From: Bilabrum cf. latius
Lineage: Eukaryota
Length of the DNA stretch: 64,000 bases
NCBI GenBank assembly: GCA_965178125.1
Contig: OZ237775.1
Location: forward strand, 124,001-188,000
Reading direction: 5' to 3'
Shown one piece after another: positions 51,201 through 62,379 of this stretch. How positions within the stretch are numbered: the stretch's first letter is position 1; each line of letters starts with the position of its first letter. The translations under genes and the position numbers were made by a program. Under the pieces are notes generated by a model that was not told the origin of the DNA, did no database searches, and saw only the letters and a list, made by a program, of their open reading frames with translations.

Positions 51201-54034
51201 GCCGCAGCCAGGGAACAACAGACCCCCGGCATGCTGCAGTCGGGCCAGGGAATAGCAGCAACACCAGCGGCACCAGGCACTCCCCTCGGTCCTCCACACG
51301 GACCCGGACACCCCTTGGCATGGCAGCCAGGACACTGGTGCACGACCCCGCGGCCGCGACCGGGACGGGATACGATTAGACAGCACTGTCAGGGGCTGGG
51401 GGGCACAATCACTCGTCACACGCTCGGCAAGGCGGATCGGACGGCAGCAGTCGCAGCAGAGGGGGCGACGCGCTGGACGCACTCGTCACATAGCAACCGG
51501 GCCGATTCGGCTCGCACAGCCGCGGGCCGAGCCTCGACAGCGTACGGTCGGCTACCGGTGGTGGTGTGACGAGTGTGGGCAGCCGGGGCCGCGGGGGCCT
51601 GCCCTCCGTGCTCCTGGACCCTATGCAGCGCCCTTCTTCCGTGATGAGTCTGCACAGTCGGGGCGGGCACAGCGGGAGCGGGAGCGGGTCTGGGTCTGGG
51701 TCTGGGTCTGGGTCTGGCGCCGCGCTGACGCAGCCCTCTGGTTCCGCTTCGGGCAGCAGCATGACCGGTGATTCCTAGTCCAGGAGGAGGAGGAGGGGGC
51801 GAGTGGGCGCCGGCGGCGGTGGGGATGGGGATGGGGATGGCATAGGGGATGGCGGCGGCTCATCTTCCTCCTCGGGGACGGGGCGCCTGCTGCTCGCAGG
51901 GAACAGTTAGGGGGATGGCAGGGGAGGGGGGAGGAGGAAGAGGACGACGAGCCGGGCACACAGGCAAGAGGCCGGACTGCGGTACATGGGCGAGGACAGC
52001 AGCAGCAGCAGGAACAGGAGCAGGAACAGGAACAGGGTCGAAGCTATGGGCAGCGGTGTTGAGGAAACTAGCCGCAGCGGGGTCCAGCTGCTGCATGGAG
52101 AACATGTACCGAGTCACGGGAGGAGGCGCGGGATGGAGGCAGGCACGGCGAGGGATGCAAGAGTGCCAGGGATGGAGGCAGGCACTGCGAGGGATGCAAG
52201 GGGGCCAGGGGAAGAGGCTGTCCCAGCTGCGGATCCGCTGGCCCTCGGTAGCATGCTGCATGCAGTGGAGAGACGAAGGGGGGGCGATGTGCCACCGAGC
52301 TCGCTGCTCTCTCCTTCGGGACGAAACAGTGGAAGTGGCATGCCCGGTAAGATGCCCTCGGATAATGTGACGAGTGATGGTGTGACGAGTGCGAGCGGGC
52401 TGGGCACGAGGATGAGACCCAGCCAGGCCACGCGGCGAGGGGTCGGCTCCCCGACGTCTCGGATCGGATCACCCACCTCCATGTATCCTGCAGGTGCAGG
52501 TGCAGGTGCAGGTGCAGGTGCAGGTGCAGGTGCAGGTGCAGGGTACGGTAGTGCCAGGCGGTACGATTCTTCCGAGAGTTCTCTGTCGTATCCCCGCTCG
52601 TACCGCAGGGGCATCGGGCCGGCGGATGGGAGCGGGAGCCAGAGCCAGGCCCAGCGGCAGGTGACCTCCACCACGATGCGGAGCATTGGCGGCGCAACAG
52701 TCGACATGATGGTGGAGCCTGTATCTGGGAGTGTGATGAGTGAAGCGGGTGCGCCCCATGGTTCACTGCAAGGAGTGGGCGGGCTTGGCGCTCACAGTGT
52801 GGCGAGTGGAAGCAGGGGGCAGCGGGTACCGACGGACGACGGTTGGACGAGCGCGAGGATGGATGGCCTCGGGTATGACGTGCATGAGAGGGATGGGGAG
52901 GGGGAGGGGGAGGACGACGATGGAGAGCGGTCTGTGGTGGATGATCTTGGTGTGACGAGTGCGAGAGAGGGTCACGAGATCGAGGTATCGGGGGGCACTG
53001 CCTCAACGGGCGGGGTACCCAGCACCAGCGGGAGCGGGGTCGGGGTCGGGATGGGGCGAAGGAGTGCTAGAATGGGGCGGCGCAGGGTGGTGCAAGGGCT
53101 CGATAGGGGGTCACGGCTATCCCCGAATCGCAGTGTAGAGAGCAGTACTGGGTCTTTTCCTGGAGAGCTTGCCACTGGCACTGGCACTGGCACTGGCACT
53201 GGGTCAAGTTCTGGGATGAGGCTTGCGAGTGCACTGCATGGCGGTGCACCGCATGGAGGAGACTCAGCCGGCCCCCGCTCACAGGTGGGAGCTGACGTGC
53301 CCCGACTCGGAGCCGGAATGACCCGCGGGGTGTCCATGGGCAGTCTCCTCCCCTAGTCCCCGTCCCGCTTGTCCCCCACGCGCCATAGGGGGACTGCAGC
53401 CGGGTCTACCGGTGTGGGTGCAGGGCATGCAGGTGCAGGGCATGCAGGTGCAGGGCATTCAAGTGCAGGTGGTCCAGCTCCATCCATCCGCAGAGGTGCA
53501 AGCGAGGCCGATGCCAGCCAGGCAGCCCCGGTCATGTTCGGCAGGAGGAGGGGCCAGTCTCGTTCTGGCCCGCTGGATCTGACGGGCCCTGCATTGCATG
53601 ATGGTGCAAGTGGAAATCAGGGGAGGCTCACATCCATGGACTCAGGGCTAGGGGCAGAGGCAGGGGCAAGGATAGGGGCAGGGGCAGGGACATGGGCAGC
53701 GGGTGTAGGTGGAGGAAGGCGGTCAGCTGAGCATCAGCAGCCCACCGTGCGGCCAGGGGTGCACAAGAGCCTGAGCCAGAGCGTGGGATCCAGGCTGGGG
53801 GCGCAGGTGAGGCAGGCAGTGCGTGTGACGAGTGCGAGCGGCGGCCCGACGGAGGTGTCTGCCTAGCAGCAGGGCGCGAGGCAGCGGCAGCGGGGCAGCA
53901 GCGATGCTGTGCCTAGGGCGAGGGGCGGGGGTAGCGGCGCCGCGCTTCGGTCGGTTCCGCTGCTTGCGACCCCTTCTGGCGGGATGGATCCGCGGTCGTG
54001 GTCAGGGCGGCGGCACGGGGATGGGTACAGGTGA
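45263..54034 (+). CDS. STE11/MEKK-type MAP kinase kinase kinase, about 2920 aa, kinase domain interrupted by large low-complexity inserts
   Basis: MGQPNS (possible myristoylation); WKRGALLGSGAFGRV, MAAKQV, EIKLLMDLDHPNIVKYLG, ILMQYASGGSL, IIHRDVKPANVLL, LADFGAS, LKGTPLYMAPEV, DIFSLGCTV, RPTAEHLLRHPWI. Single frame, 16 TAGs, no TAA/TGA until TGA 54032-54034. Confidence 0.85.
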
Positions 54035-54296
54035 TGCACTGCCGACTAGGTTGTCTCATCTGCAGGTGTGTAGTTGATGATGTTCGTGGCCCATGCAAGT
54101 GGCCGCAAGGTTGGGAATACACATGCGCGCGAGACCATTCCGAAGATTCTAATCAAGTATAAACCAATTTTCATTGCGATAAATAGACTGGTCGTCATAG
54201 CCCGGTGTTCAAGCGGCGGTGTTCCTGGGACTACCGGTAGCGTGTACTTCTGATTACGGTGGGCGTAAATGCCCACTTTGCTCCTGTAAACTCAAC

Positions 54297-56387
54297 ATGG
54301 CAAGCGCTGGACCTCCAGAGAAGAAGGCTCGCATTGAAGTATCATCTTCCTCATCTGCTGCGAGCGCTGCTGGAGGCGCAGCCACTGGAGGAGCTTCCGT
54401 GGCTACCTCTTGGGTTGAGGTGTCTGAGGCCCACGGCTTCCCTATCCAGAACATCCCATTCGGGGTCTACAAGCCGAAGGAAGAGAAGTCAGATGACAAG
54501 GCGGTATGCGCTAGCCGAATCGGTGATTTCGTGAGTATCGTTTTTTCGCGTGTACTATCGCGTTGTGACATGGCCGCGTGGACGAATCATGCCCAAATTC
54601 CTGTGCATTCCGGTTTCAAACAACTGCTTCAAAGCATTCTGTATTTAATGGTTATTTTTATTACAAGTGCGGCTCTATTGAGCTCCTTTGTCACGGACAA
54701 TCAATGCTGATGTGCCTGCGATCTTCCCCACTGTTCGGGGAACGGACGACTCGCAAATTGGTGACCGATTCAATCCTCCACAAGCGTACGCCACACAATT
54801 TATATCGTAGGCCATTAACCTGCGAGCCCTAGTGGAAGCTGGACTTCTCTCTGGCGATTGGGCCAAGTCACTGACCGAGGAGACGCTCAACTCGTTCATG
54901 GGGCAGGGCCGGGCATCGTGGAGGGACTGCCGAGGGCAGCTGCAGGCCCTGCTGGCAAAGGGCGGAGACGGGGAGGCCAAGGTGCGCGGCGCTGGTGCCC
55001 TGGTTCCGCTGTCGGAGGTGCGCATGGTGCTGCCGGCCCGCATCGGCGACTACACGGACTTCTACTCCTCCCGGGAGCACGCCACAAACGTGAGACTAAG
55101 AAGAAAAACGGAGCGCCTCATGTTTTGATGATGATGCGTGCATATAAAAGGGTCTATCAAAGCACAGCTTGCGAGGGTACCTCACCGATGGGAGGCTGGG
55201 AGGCTGCCGGCACACAAAACCACAAAACCGCCGCGTTACGCCTCGACCCCCTGCCCCCTTCTTTGTTCTGTCCCTTTCTCCCCCCCCCCAACCCTGCCCC
55301 CCTGTATGCTTGCTTTCCATTCCTATGCCTATCATCGCATCTCATCGCAGGTGGGCACCATGTTCCGCGGCAAGGAGAACGCCCTGCAGCCCAACTGGCT
55401 CCACCTCCCCGTGGGCTACCACGGCCGGTCTTCCTCTGTCGTGCTGTCGGGCACGCCCATCCGGCGCCCCATGGGACAGCTGCAGAAGGACGCGACGGAC
55501 CCCAAGCAAGGCTCCGTCTTCGGCCCTTGCCGCCTCATGGACTTCGAGATGGAGGTGGCCGCGTTCGTTGGCCCAGGGAACAAGCTCGGCGAGTCGATCA
55601 AGATCGAGGAGGCGGAGGAGCACATCTTCGGGCTGGTGCTCATGAACGACTGGAGCGCGAGGGACATTTAGAAGTGGGAGTACGTCCCCCTGGGGCCGTT
55701 CACCGCCAAGAACGTCATGACCTCCATCTCGCCCTGGATCGTGACTCTGGATGCCCTTGAGCCGTTCAAGTGCAAGACATCGGCGGGGGAGCAGACGGAC
55801 CCCAAGCCCCTGCCCTACCTCCAGGACCCCGACTACAGGTCCTACGACATCGACCTAACAGTGAGCAGAGCTGAGCTTGGGTGTCTAGTGTGCGGTTGCA
55901 CTGCATTGCTGCATATGCCCTATACTGCTCGCAACTCAGAACTCAAGCGGGGACTCATATGTGTGCCCCCTCCCTATGTTCCCCCGCTCCCACTTGTTCC
56001 CTCACTTGTTCCCTAAATCAGGTTGCCATCAAGAACAAGAGCCTTCCAGCAGGCCACGTCGTGTCCAGGACCAACTTCAAGTACCTCTACTGGAATGTGA
56101 AGCAGCAGCTCGTGCACCACACTGTGACTGGGTGCAACATGCAGCCGGGCGACCTCCTGGGCTCGGGAACCATCAGCGGCCCTGACCCGGGCATGTTCGG
56201 AAGCATGCTGGAGCTCTGTTGGAAGGGCACCAAGCCCATGGACATGCCCGACGGGTCCACCCGAAAGTTCCTCGCAGACGGCGACAGCGTGGTGATGACG
56301 GGGGCATGCACGGGCGAGGGCTACTCGATCGGGTTCGGGGCCGTGGAGGGTGAGGTGACGCCTGCGGCTGGTGCCCCTGCCTCATGA
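54297..56387 (+). CDS. FAH: Fumarylacetoacetase
   Basis: Exons 54297-54530, 54811-55089, 55351-55860, 56022-56387. [63 protein letters not shown] (TAG 55669-55671), [32 protein letters not shown]. Confidence 0.97.
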
Positions 56388-56527
56388 GCGGAAAGCGACA
56401 AGAAGGGGGTGCCGGGCCGAGGGCAGCTTAATTGAGCAAGGTGTGGCAGTTGGGGGTAGTGTGGATTTGAAAGCCGGGTAGCACAGTTGTAGCAAGGGGG
56501 CAAAGATAGAATTTCCGTATTTGTTAG

Positions 56528-57394
56528 TTAGTCGCAACACTGGGCCACCAACTTTCCCCCGCTGTAGAAAGGGTCCAGCAAAGACAGTCCCATCGAAGAG
56601 TTCTCCGACTTGAACAGCCCAATGGAGACCTAGGAAAAGTGCACATGGAATCCGAAGCAAATCTGCCCACCCGTGTGCCCAAAAGTTGCCGTGCCCTGCC
56701 CCCAGGCGCCCGCCAGGCCGACCGCGGCTTGTCCAATCGTAAAGATCCCTATGGCCACCTGCCCCACGGCCACGATTCCCCACGTGATCTGCCCTACGCT
56801 AAAGAAGCAAATGTTGTCCCTCGCGTCTGGAATCGTCGCGCACACCGCCTTGTACCCAATTTTGTCGGTAAACAAAAGCTAAAACGTGAATATAGTTGCG
56901 GTAATCAGGGCTCCGCACCAAATTACCATCCCGAATCCCCAGCAGATGTAGGTTGATGTGTCCCAGTCGCTGGGGGCAGCACACCGCCAGGTAGAACAGT
57001 CCAGGAACGATCGCTTATCCTTCGGCGTGTCTCCCGTGCCAGCGGCGGCGCTGCCCGATGCCGCCTGCCCATCTATCTCAAGCTTAGCAGGATTGCTCAA
57101 CTCTGCAACGCAGTGGTCGACCAGCAGCCAGCAGTTCTCGTCCCAGGCAGCCGGGTCTTGCACTTTCTGGAACCGGTTGTAAAATGCCACTAAACCGCGG
57201 TCCATATTGACTGCTTTTTGCAGCTCTTTGGACTATCTTATCGTACCAAGCGTGTCTGTTAGATACTGCTTAATCTGACTGTCCGGACATGCCATCATTC
57301 TGTCCACGATATCATCCCAGACCTGCTGTGGTGTCTGCGGCGGTGTGCTGGCGGGCTAATCAGCCTGTTGTAGCAGCTGGCTGTCGCGAATCAT
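56528..57394 (-). CDS. Hypothetical membrane protein with periodic xxGQxxxG repeats
   Basis: ATG 57394 (MIRDSQLLQQ); 4 TAGs join ORFs 56879-57205 and 56630-56875. TM ICWGFGMVIWCGALITATIF, then SVGQITWG/AVGQVAIG/TIGQAAVG/AWGQ/TGGQICFG; ends at TAA 56528-56530. Confidence 0.7.
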
Positions 57395-57585
57395 TCATCC
57401 AAGTAAAGAAGCACAATTTAATTGAAGATTGTTAGATACTACCTCTATAACCAAGTGGATATGGCCCCGCTTGCAGCTGCAGGCCAACTTGTCGAATTAA
57501 TGTGACGTGCACTTTTGGCAAAATTGCAGAGGCACAAAAGCACCCGGGACCAATCGCACCCCGCTTCGACCTTGCGTACTGAAAC
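57395..57585. promoter_or_regulatory. Probable short bidirectional promoter region
   Basis: 191-bp AT-richer gap between divergent ATGs at 57394 (-) and 57586 (+). Inferred from geometry only. Confidence 0.4.
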
Positions 57586-58818
57586 ATGCAGGCATCGCTC
57601 GAAAGGTTTAGTGATAGCTTATCAAGGGCGGTTCGACGGGCTAAAGAGCCGCAATATTTGCCCTACACGATCGTGGCGGGAACAGCTACTGCAGTTGTAG
57701 TTGGCGTTGCAGCATACAGATGGATTACTGCCCCTGCTGAGGGCAAACTGTCTGATGATTAGTAGGTATTTGAGGATGGCGTGACTGTCAAGACATCAGC
57801 TGGCTAGTCTGTCGTGACCCGAGTCCCACGGACGACGGCTGGTTTCACAGAGGCTGGTGCAATCCTAGCGTCATCGTACGCTAATAATCCAATGATGAAG
57901 GCATCTGTTGCCAAGGTGAGATCACACATCACAAAATCGTGCGTTATTTCGCTGTATTTCCGCTGTATTGCTTGATGTTGTATGCAATGCGGAGAATTGG
58001 ATTGGATCCTAATCTTGATTAGTCAGTGGTATCAACCCGGTGATAAATAGTCTTGTGTCACTTGTATAGTACCGCAGGATGTTAGCGACGACAAGCGAGA
58101 GGCTGCGGCCCGCTGGCTGTTCGAGCGTCTTGCTCGCTCCGCGGGCTACTCGTCCACGGGCGCCCTCGTGCTCCGCAGTGCTCCCTCAAAGTAGGCCACG
58201 GCGGGCGCGGTGGCCGTGGTGTTTCCCCCCGGCGTGTCCTCCGCCAGCGCGCGGCTGCAGTCGGAGATGTTCTGGCAGGGCACCTGGGGCTACCTCACGG
58301 TGTTTGGCTCGCTGCAGGGGCTCGGCCGCCTGCTCAGCCTCGGGGAGGTGACGGAGTTGGCGAGGGAGAGGCTGACGAGTGCGGTGGCCAAGGAGTCGGG
58401 GTACGTGTACGTCATGTCGCTTGGCGGCACAGACGCGGGCAGCAGGGCGGGTCTGCTCTCGGCCGTGGGCCAGATGGCTGACAGGAAAGGGGTCGTCTGC
58501 TTCTCGGAGACCTACGGGGAGGACTAGGACTCGGAGCTGAAATCCGCTGGGTTCGAGGTGGTGGACGAGCGGCCGCAGCTGTTCGGACTCACGGTCCGCT
58601 ACTGGATGCGAGCGGCGAGGGATGCCTCTGGCAGGTCGGTGCAGGACATCAACAGGTACGCGCTGAGCAATGTGGACACGGGCGGGTATGCCCCGGACGA
58701 GCTTGAGGCTGGTTTCAGGGCACACGAAGAGGAAGAGGCGCGGAAGGCCAGGGAACAGGAGGACGCGAAGAAGGCCAAGGCGGAGGAGGCCAAGGACGAC
58801 GAGGCGGGAGACATGTGA
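57586..58818 (+). CDS. GNAT-fold N-acetyltransferase-like protein with N-terminal membrane anchor
   Basis: Exons 57586-57915 and 58078-58818 (intron GTGAGA..CGCAG). AGAILASSYANNPMM, GAVAVVFPPG, YVYVMSLG, ADRKGVVCFSET..GFEVV; 5 TAGs; ends TGA. Confidence 0.65.
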
Positions 58819-59275
58819 TCGGATCAATGATCGGATCATTCGAGGGTCCAGCGACGTGGGTGGGGCGAGGCTAGGGGAGTGCTAAGCCACTGAATGCACA
58901 GCACAGCACGGCACTGCAGTGCAGTGCAGTGGGCGGCCTACCCGAGCCTGGAAAGTGTCGGGAGGGTAAGCGTCAGTAGATGCTAGCATCGATGCTAGTC
59001 TACTTCGATGGCTGCTGTATTCTTGGGTCCTAGCACGCCCGTTGCAGCGGCAGGTGCGGCAACTGCAAGCCAGATGCAGCGGTAAATATTCGAGAGCCAG
59101 GCCTATAATTGGCCTTGCTGCTCGAAACTGCTGCGCTGTGCTGCATAGCACATGTCGCCGGCATCCCACTTGCTGGCCCCTTTTTTGGCATAACTCAGAC
59201 TTTGTAGTGTGTTATTTTGGATATCCGTTTGGGGCGTTTCAAGGCGATGCAGTACGCTGCTCAGAACAGTATCCG

Positions 59276-60178
59276 ATGTCAAAGGCATACAAAAGCTCTG
59301 TATTGGAAGGTAATTGGCAGGAGGACCGCGCGCCGCCGCTCAAGTTTGGTATCTATGGCGACTTTGGCTGGCGTGAGACCGCTACATCTGCCAAAACGGA
59401 TTTCTCCCACCCAGATAGGCGCGAGAAGCGAGTGCAGCGGCCTGAGCGGTTTGGAATGGTGTGCGAAGAAACAATAACGGAAGCTAGATATGCATATGGG
59501 TCTGGGCTCGGCGCAGGCGCCACAGGCAGTGGATTCGGCGCGCTCATCAAGGCAAAGGACCCGATCGACGAGATGCGGCTGTTTGAGACAACAAGTGGAG
59601 ACTATGGGGCCAAGAAGAAGGCATCCGCCGGAGGTAAGGATGGCGGGAAGTTTGGCTTGACGATGACGGGACCCGGGACGATGGGATCCAGCGGCCGTGC
59701 TGGTGAGGCAGCATCCGCCGCGGAGCAGGGCGCGCCCGGGGCCACGATCCGAGGGTCCCATTTCGATCAGATGGCGAAGCGAAGCGCGCGCATGGAGGTG
59801 GCCGGCGGGCCCGGCAGCCGTCGCCCGGAGCGCGGCATGCTCACGAGCGGCATGATCGGGGAGCGGCCGGTGCTGTCGGGGGCAGTCAACGGAAGCCGAA
59901 CGGACGTGCAGAGAGCATGGATGCCGCAGAAAGATCCTGGATTGGCAGCGTACGAGCGCCGCGCACGCGGTGAGGTGGACGTGCCCCCTGACACGAGCTA
60001 CATGTCGGTTCAGGTGAAGGGGGGGGGGCCTTAGGCCGGGGTGGTGAGGGCGGCGGGGGCAGGGCAGAGGGCGCGGAGCCAGACGGCGGCCTGGCAGGCA
60101 CCGCCCAGGACCGTGACGATTTCGGCGACCCAGTCGGATATCAACCGTAGGAGGGGGGTGAGGGTGTTTTCGGATTGA
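59276..60178 (+). CDS. Putative ciliary microtubule-inner-protein with N-terminal NWE-like motif
   Basis: MSKAYKSSVLEGNWQEDR resembles the Y-x-x-x-V-L-x-G-N-W-x-E-x-R motif of CFAP107/CFAP68/CFAP95-type proteins; TSAKTDF and FETTSGDY-type motifs; TAG 60032 read through to TGA 60176-60178. Confidence 0.55.
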
Positions 60179-60440
60179 TGCGGGTGGGCGGATGGGTGGA
60201 TGTGTGGGGGGCCGTGCTTGCTGGTACGATAGAGTGTCCTCTATTTTGTCTTAGTATGCCGCGCTGTGAGTGTACACATGAGTGCCAACGATGATCTATG
60301 GGTGTGGATGAAACACCACGGTCTGGGCAGTGCTGCAGCTGCCGACAGCCCAGGCCCGGGGCTGCTCAGCGAGCTTGTTGCGGTTTTGCTCGCACGGGCA
60401 ACGCACGGAGCTTTCTGTGCAGTCTTGGCCAAGGCAGGCC

Positions 60441-62114
60441 ATGGGATGGCATGTCTTAGGCATGATTGCTTTAGTAATGAGCAGTCCAATAAATTCCCAG
60501 CGTTTGGAAAGGAAATTGGTCGCCGGCACAGCATCGCTGCGAAGGCTTGGAAAATGCCCAGCTGATTCAGAACAAGGATTTTACTTCCAGCAGCAGTTTG
60601 AGGCAGCAAATGCAGCCTGTACTGCATCATTTGACAACTGCATGCGCAATTCGACTGCTGGAATGTGTTCTGGCATGTGCGATCGGGGTATCAGTGAGTG
60701 ACCGCCAGCGTCCACGTTGGTGTCGCGCTTTCCTGTGCATACTTGTGGGTGTCCCCTTTTCAACTGATTTTTTATCGCAGGTGCATTTGCGCACGATTGT
60801 GTCGTGGCGAACGGCGTTTTCTGCCATGCAAGACTGCATGGGACATTTCCTGGTACGTACAGCAGTCGAGCGCTCGTAGGTTCGAGCAGCGTAGGCCAGC
60901 TGGTAGCAAATGCCAATAGATTTATCCGTTAGGTTGCTGAGATATTTATGCCAAGTGCTATTTTGGCCGATAATGGCATGGAGCCGCGTACAGATCGAAT
61001 TGACCAAGCAACCCGGCCGGGGTCGACCGTGTCGGACTCGATCGCATCTGCCGCATCCCAGCAACTTGGGGGAAAGGACAACCAGTCAACGCGAAGAACC
61101 TAGCACAATACCAGAGAGCTCGCGGCTAGGACATTTTCGATGACAACGGGCACTTGCCTGCCGGATACGTGCCACAAGCGCGACATCACGGGGCCATTCG
61201 AAATCGCAGTCGCCAGGAAGTACTGCCAAGCCCACGGAATTCCGGCAATCAAATGCAAGAATGCCGCGATGTCCCTGCAGTGCGATTTTGGCCTGCGGCC
61301 GTCCGTCATGTGGACTGTGGTCGGATGCGTGCTCGGCGCCATGGCTCTCGGCCTCGTGGCCCTCTGCATTTGCTGCGGTGCCAACGGGGCATGCCCCGGG
61401 GGGGGACGGTACGGCCGCAGGGGATTTGCGACCAAAGGGTCTCTGCTGGTGGAGCTGGAGCTGCTCCGTTAGAGACGAAGGAACAGCGATGGTCCGTTGC
61501 TGATGGGCCTCGTGGACAGCGACGGCGAGTTTATTGAGGATGACGGCGAGGGGGGCGGGGGCGAGCATGGCGACAGTGGGTGCGAGCTGGACGCATTCGA
61601 TGGCGGGTCTGGTCCCCGGGGGGGCCAGGGGCGGGGCCGGGCCCAGCGGGGGATGTTCAGCTAGTTCGAGTTGGGCGGTGGTGATGAATAGGGGGGGGAT
61701 GGGCACCAGGCGGGGGGTGAGGGGCTCGAGGGCCCGGGATCGGGGCGCAGTGTGACGAGTGCGAGGGTGACAATGGGGTCCAGGGAACTGTCGCCCACAG
61801 ACGTGCTCGTGCAGCAGTCTGGCGGGCGGGTGCGATCCCGGGGCTCGTCGCACGATCGTAGGAACGTCCGTGAACGCCGCGAGCTTGCCGAGGAGCTGGC
61901 ACACGCAGGGGCTGGAGTAGACGCTGTGAGCGCGCCGGGGGCGATGACCACTCGATTTGGGGGGAGTGTCCAGGGGATGGACATTGGGTCTGTCTCCAAG
62001 GCGGGGGCGATGCTGGGGAGCGAGGCACCGAGGACGCAGCAGCTGCTCGCCTCTCCCCGGCCGCTGTCGGAGCAGCGAGATTCCAGGGAGCGATAGAGTC
62101 TTCTAGAGACCTGA
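60441..62114 (+). CDS. Type I membrane protein: signal peptide, Cys-rich ectodomain, TM, low-complexity tail
   Basis: Exon 1 60441-60693 (MGWHVLGMIALVMS), intron 60694-60780 (GTGAGT..ACTGAT..CGCAG); TM VMWTVVGCVLGAMALGLVALCICC; 6 TAGs; TGA 62112-62114. Confidence 0.65.
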
Positions 62115-62379
62115 TCGCTATGATAGGCTCCGAGTCGGGAGGCTGTTTATTGCAATGCAAGCCTGTGGACGTTGCAACGGAGGAGCGGAGCACTGTGGTG
62201 TTGGCCATGGCACGGCTTCCACTGGCTCGATGCAGCTCGATGGAGTGCATGCGGTCGGATTGATCGGCGGTAAATGCTGCCTGGATCAATCTCATTGTAT
62301 CCATGCATTGAATCGAGCGGGAAGTATTTTGCTTGTCTGATCCGAGTTGCCTCTTGACACATTTGAACATTATTCGAAG

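Noticed and set aside
58896-58931. GCACA/GCAGT pentamer run with partial palindrome
   Set aside because: Short simple repeat in an intergenic gap with no further support.
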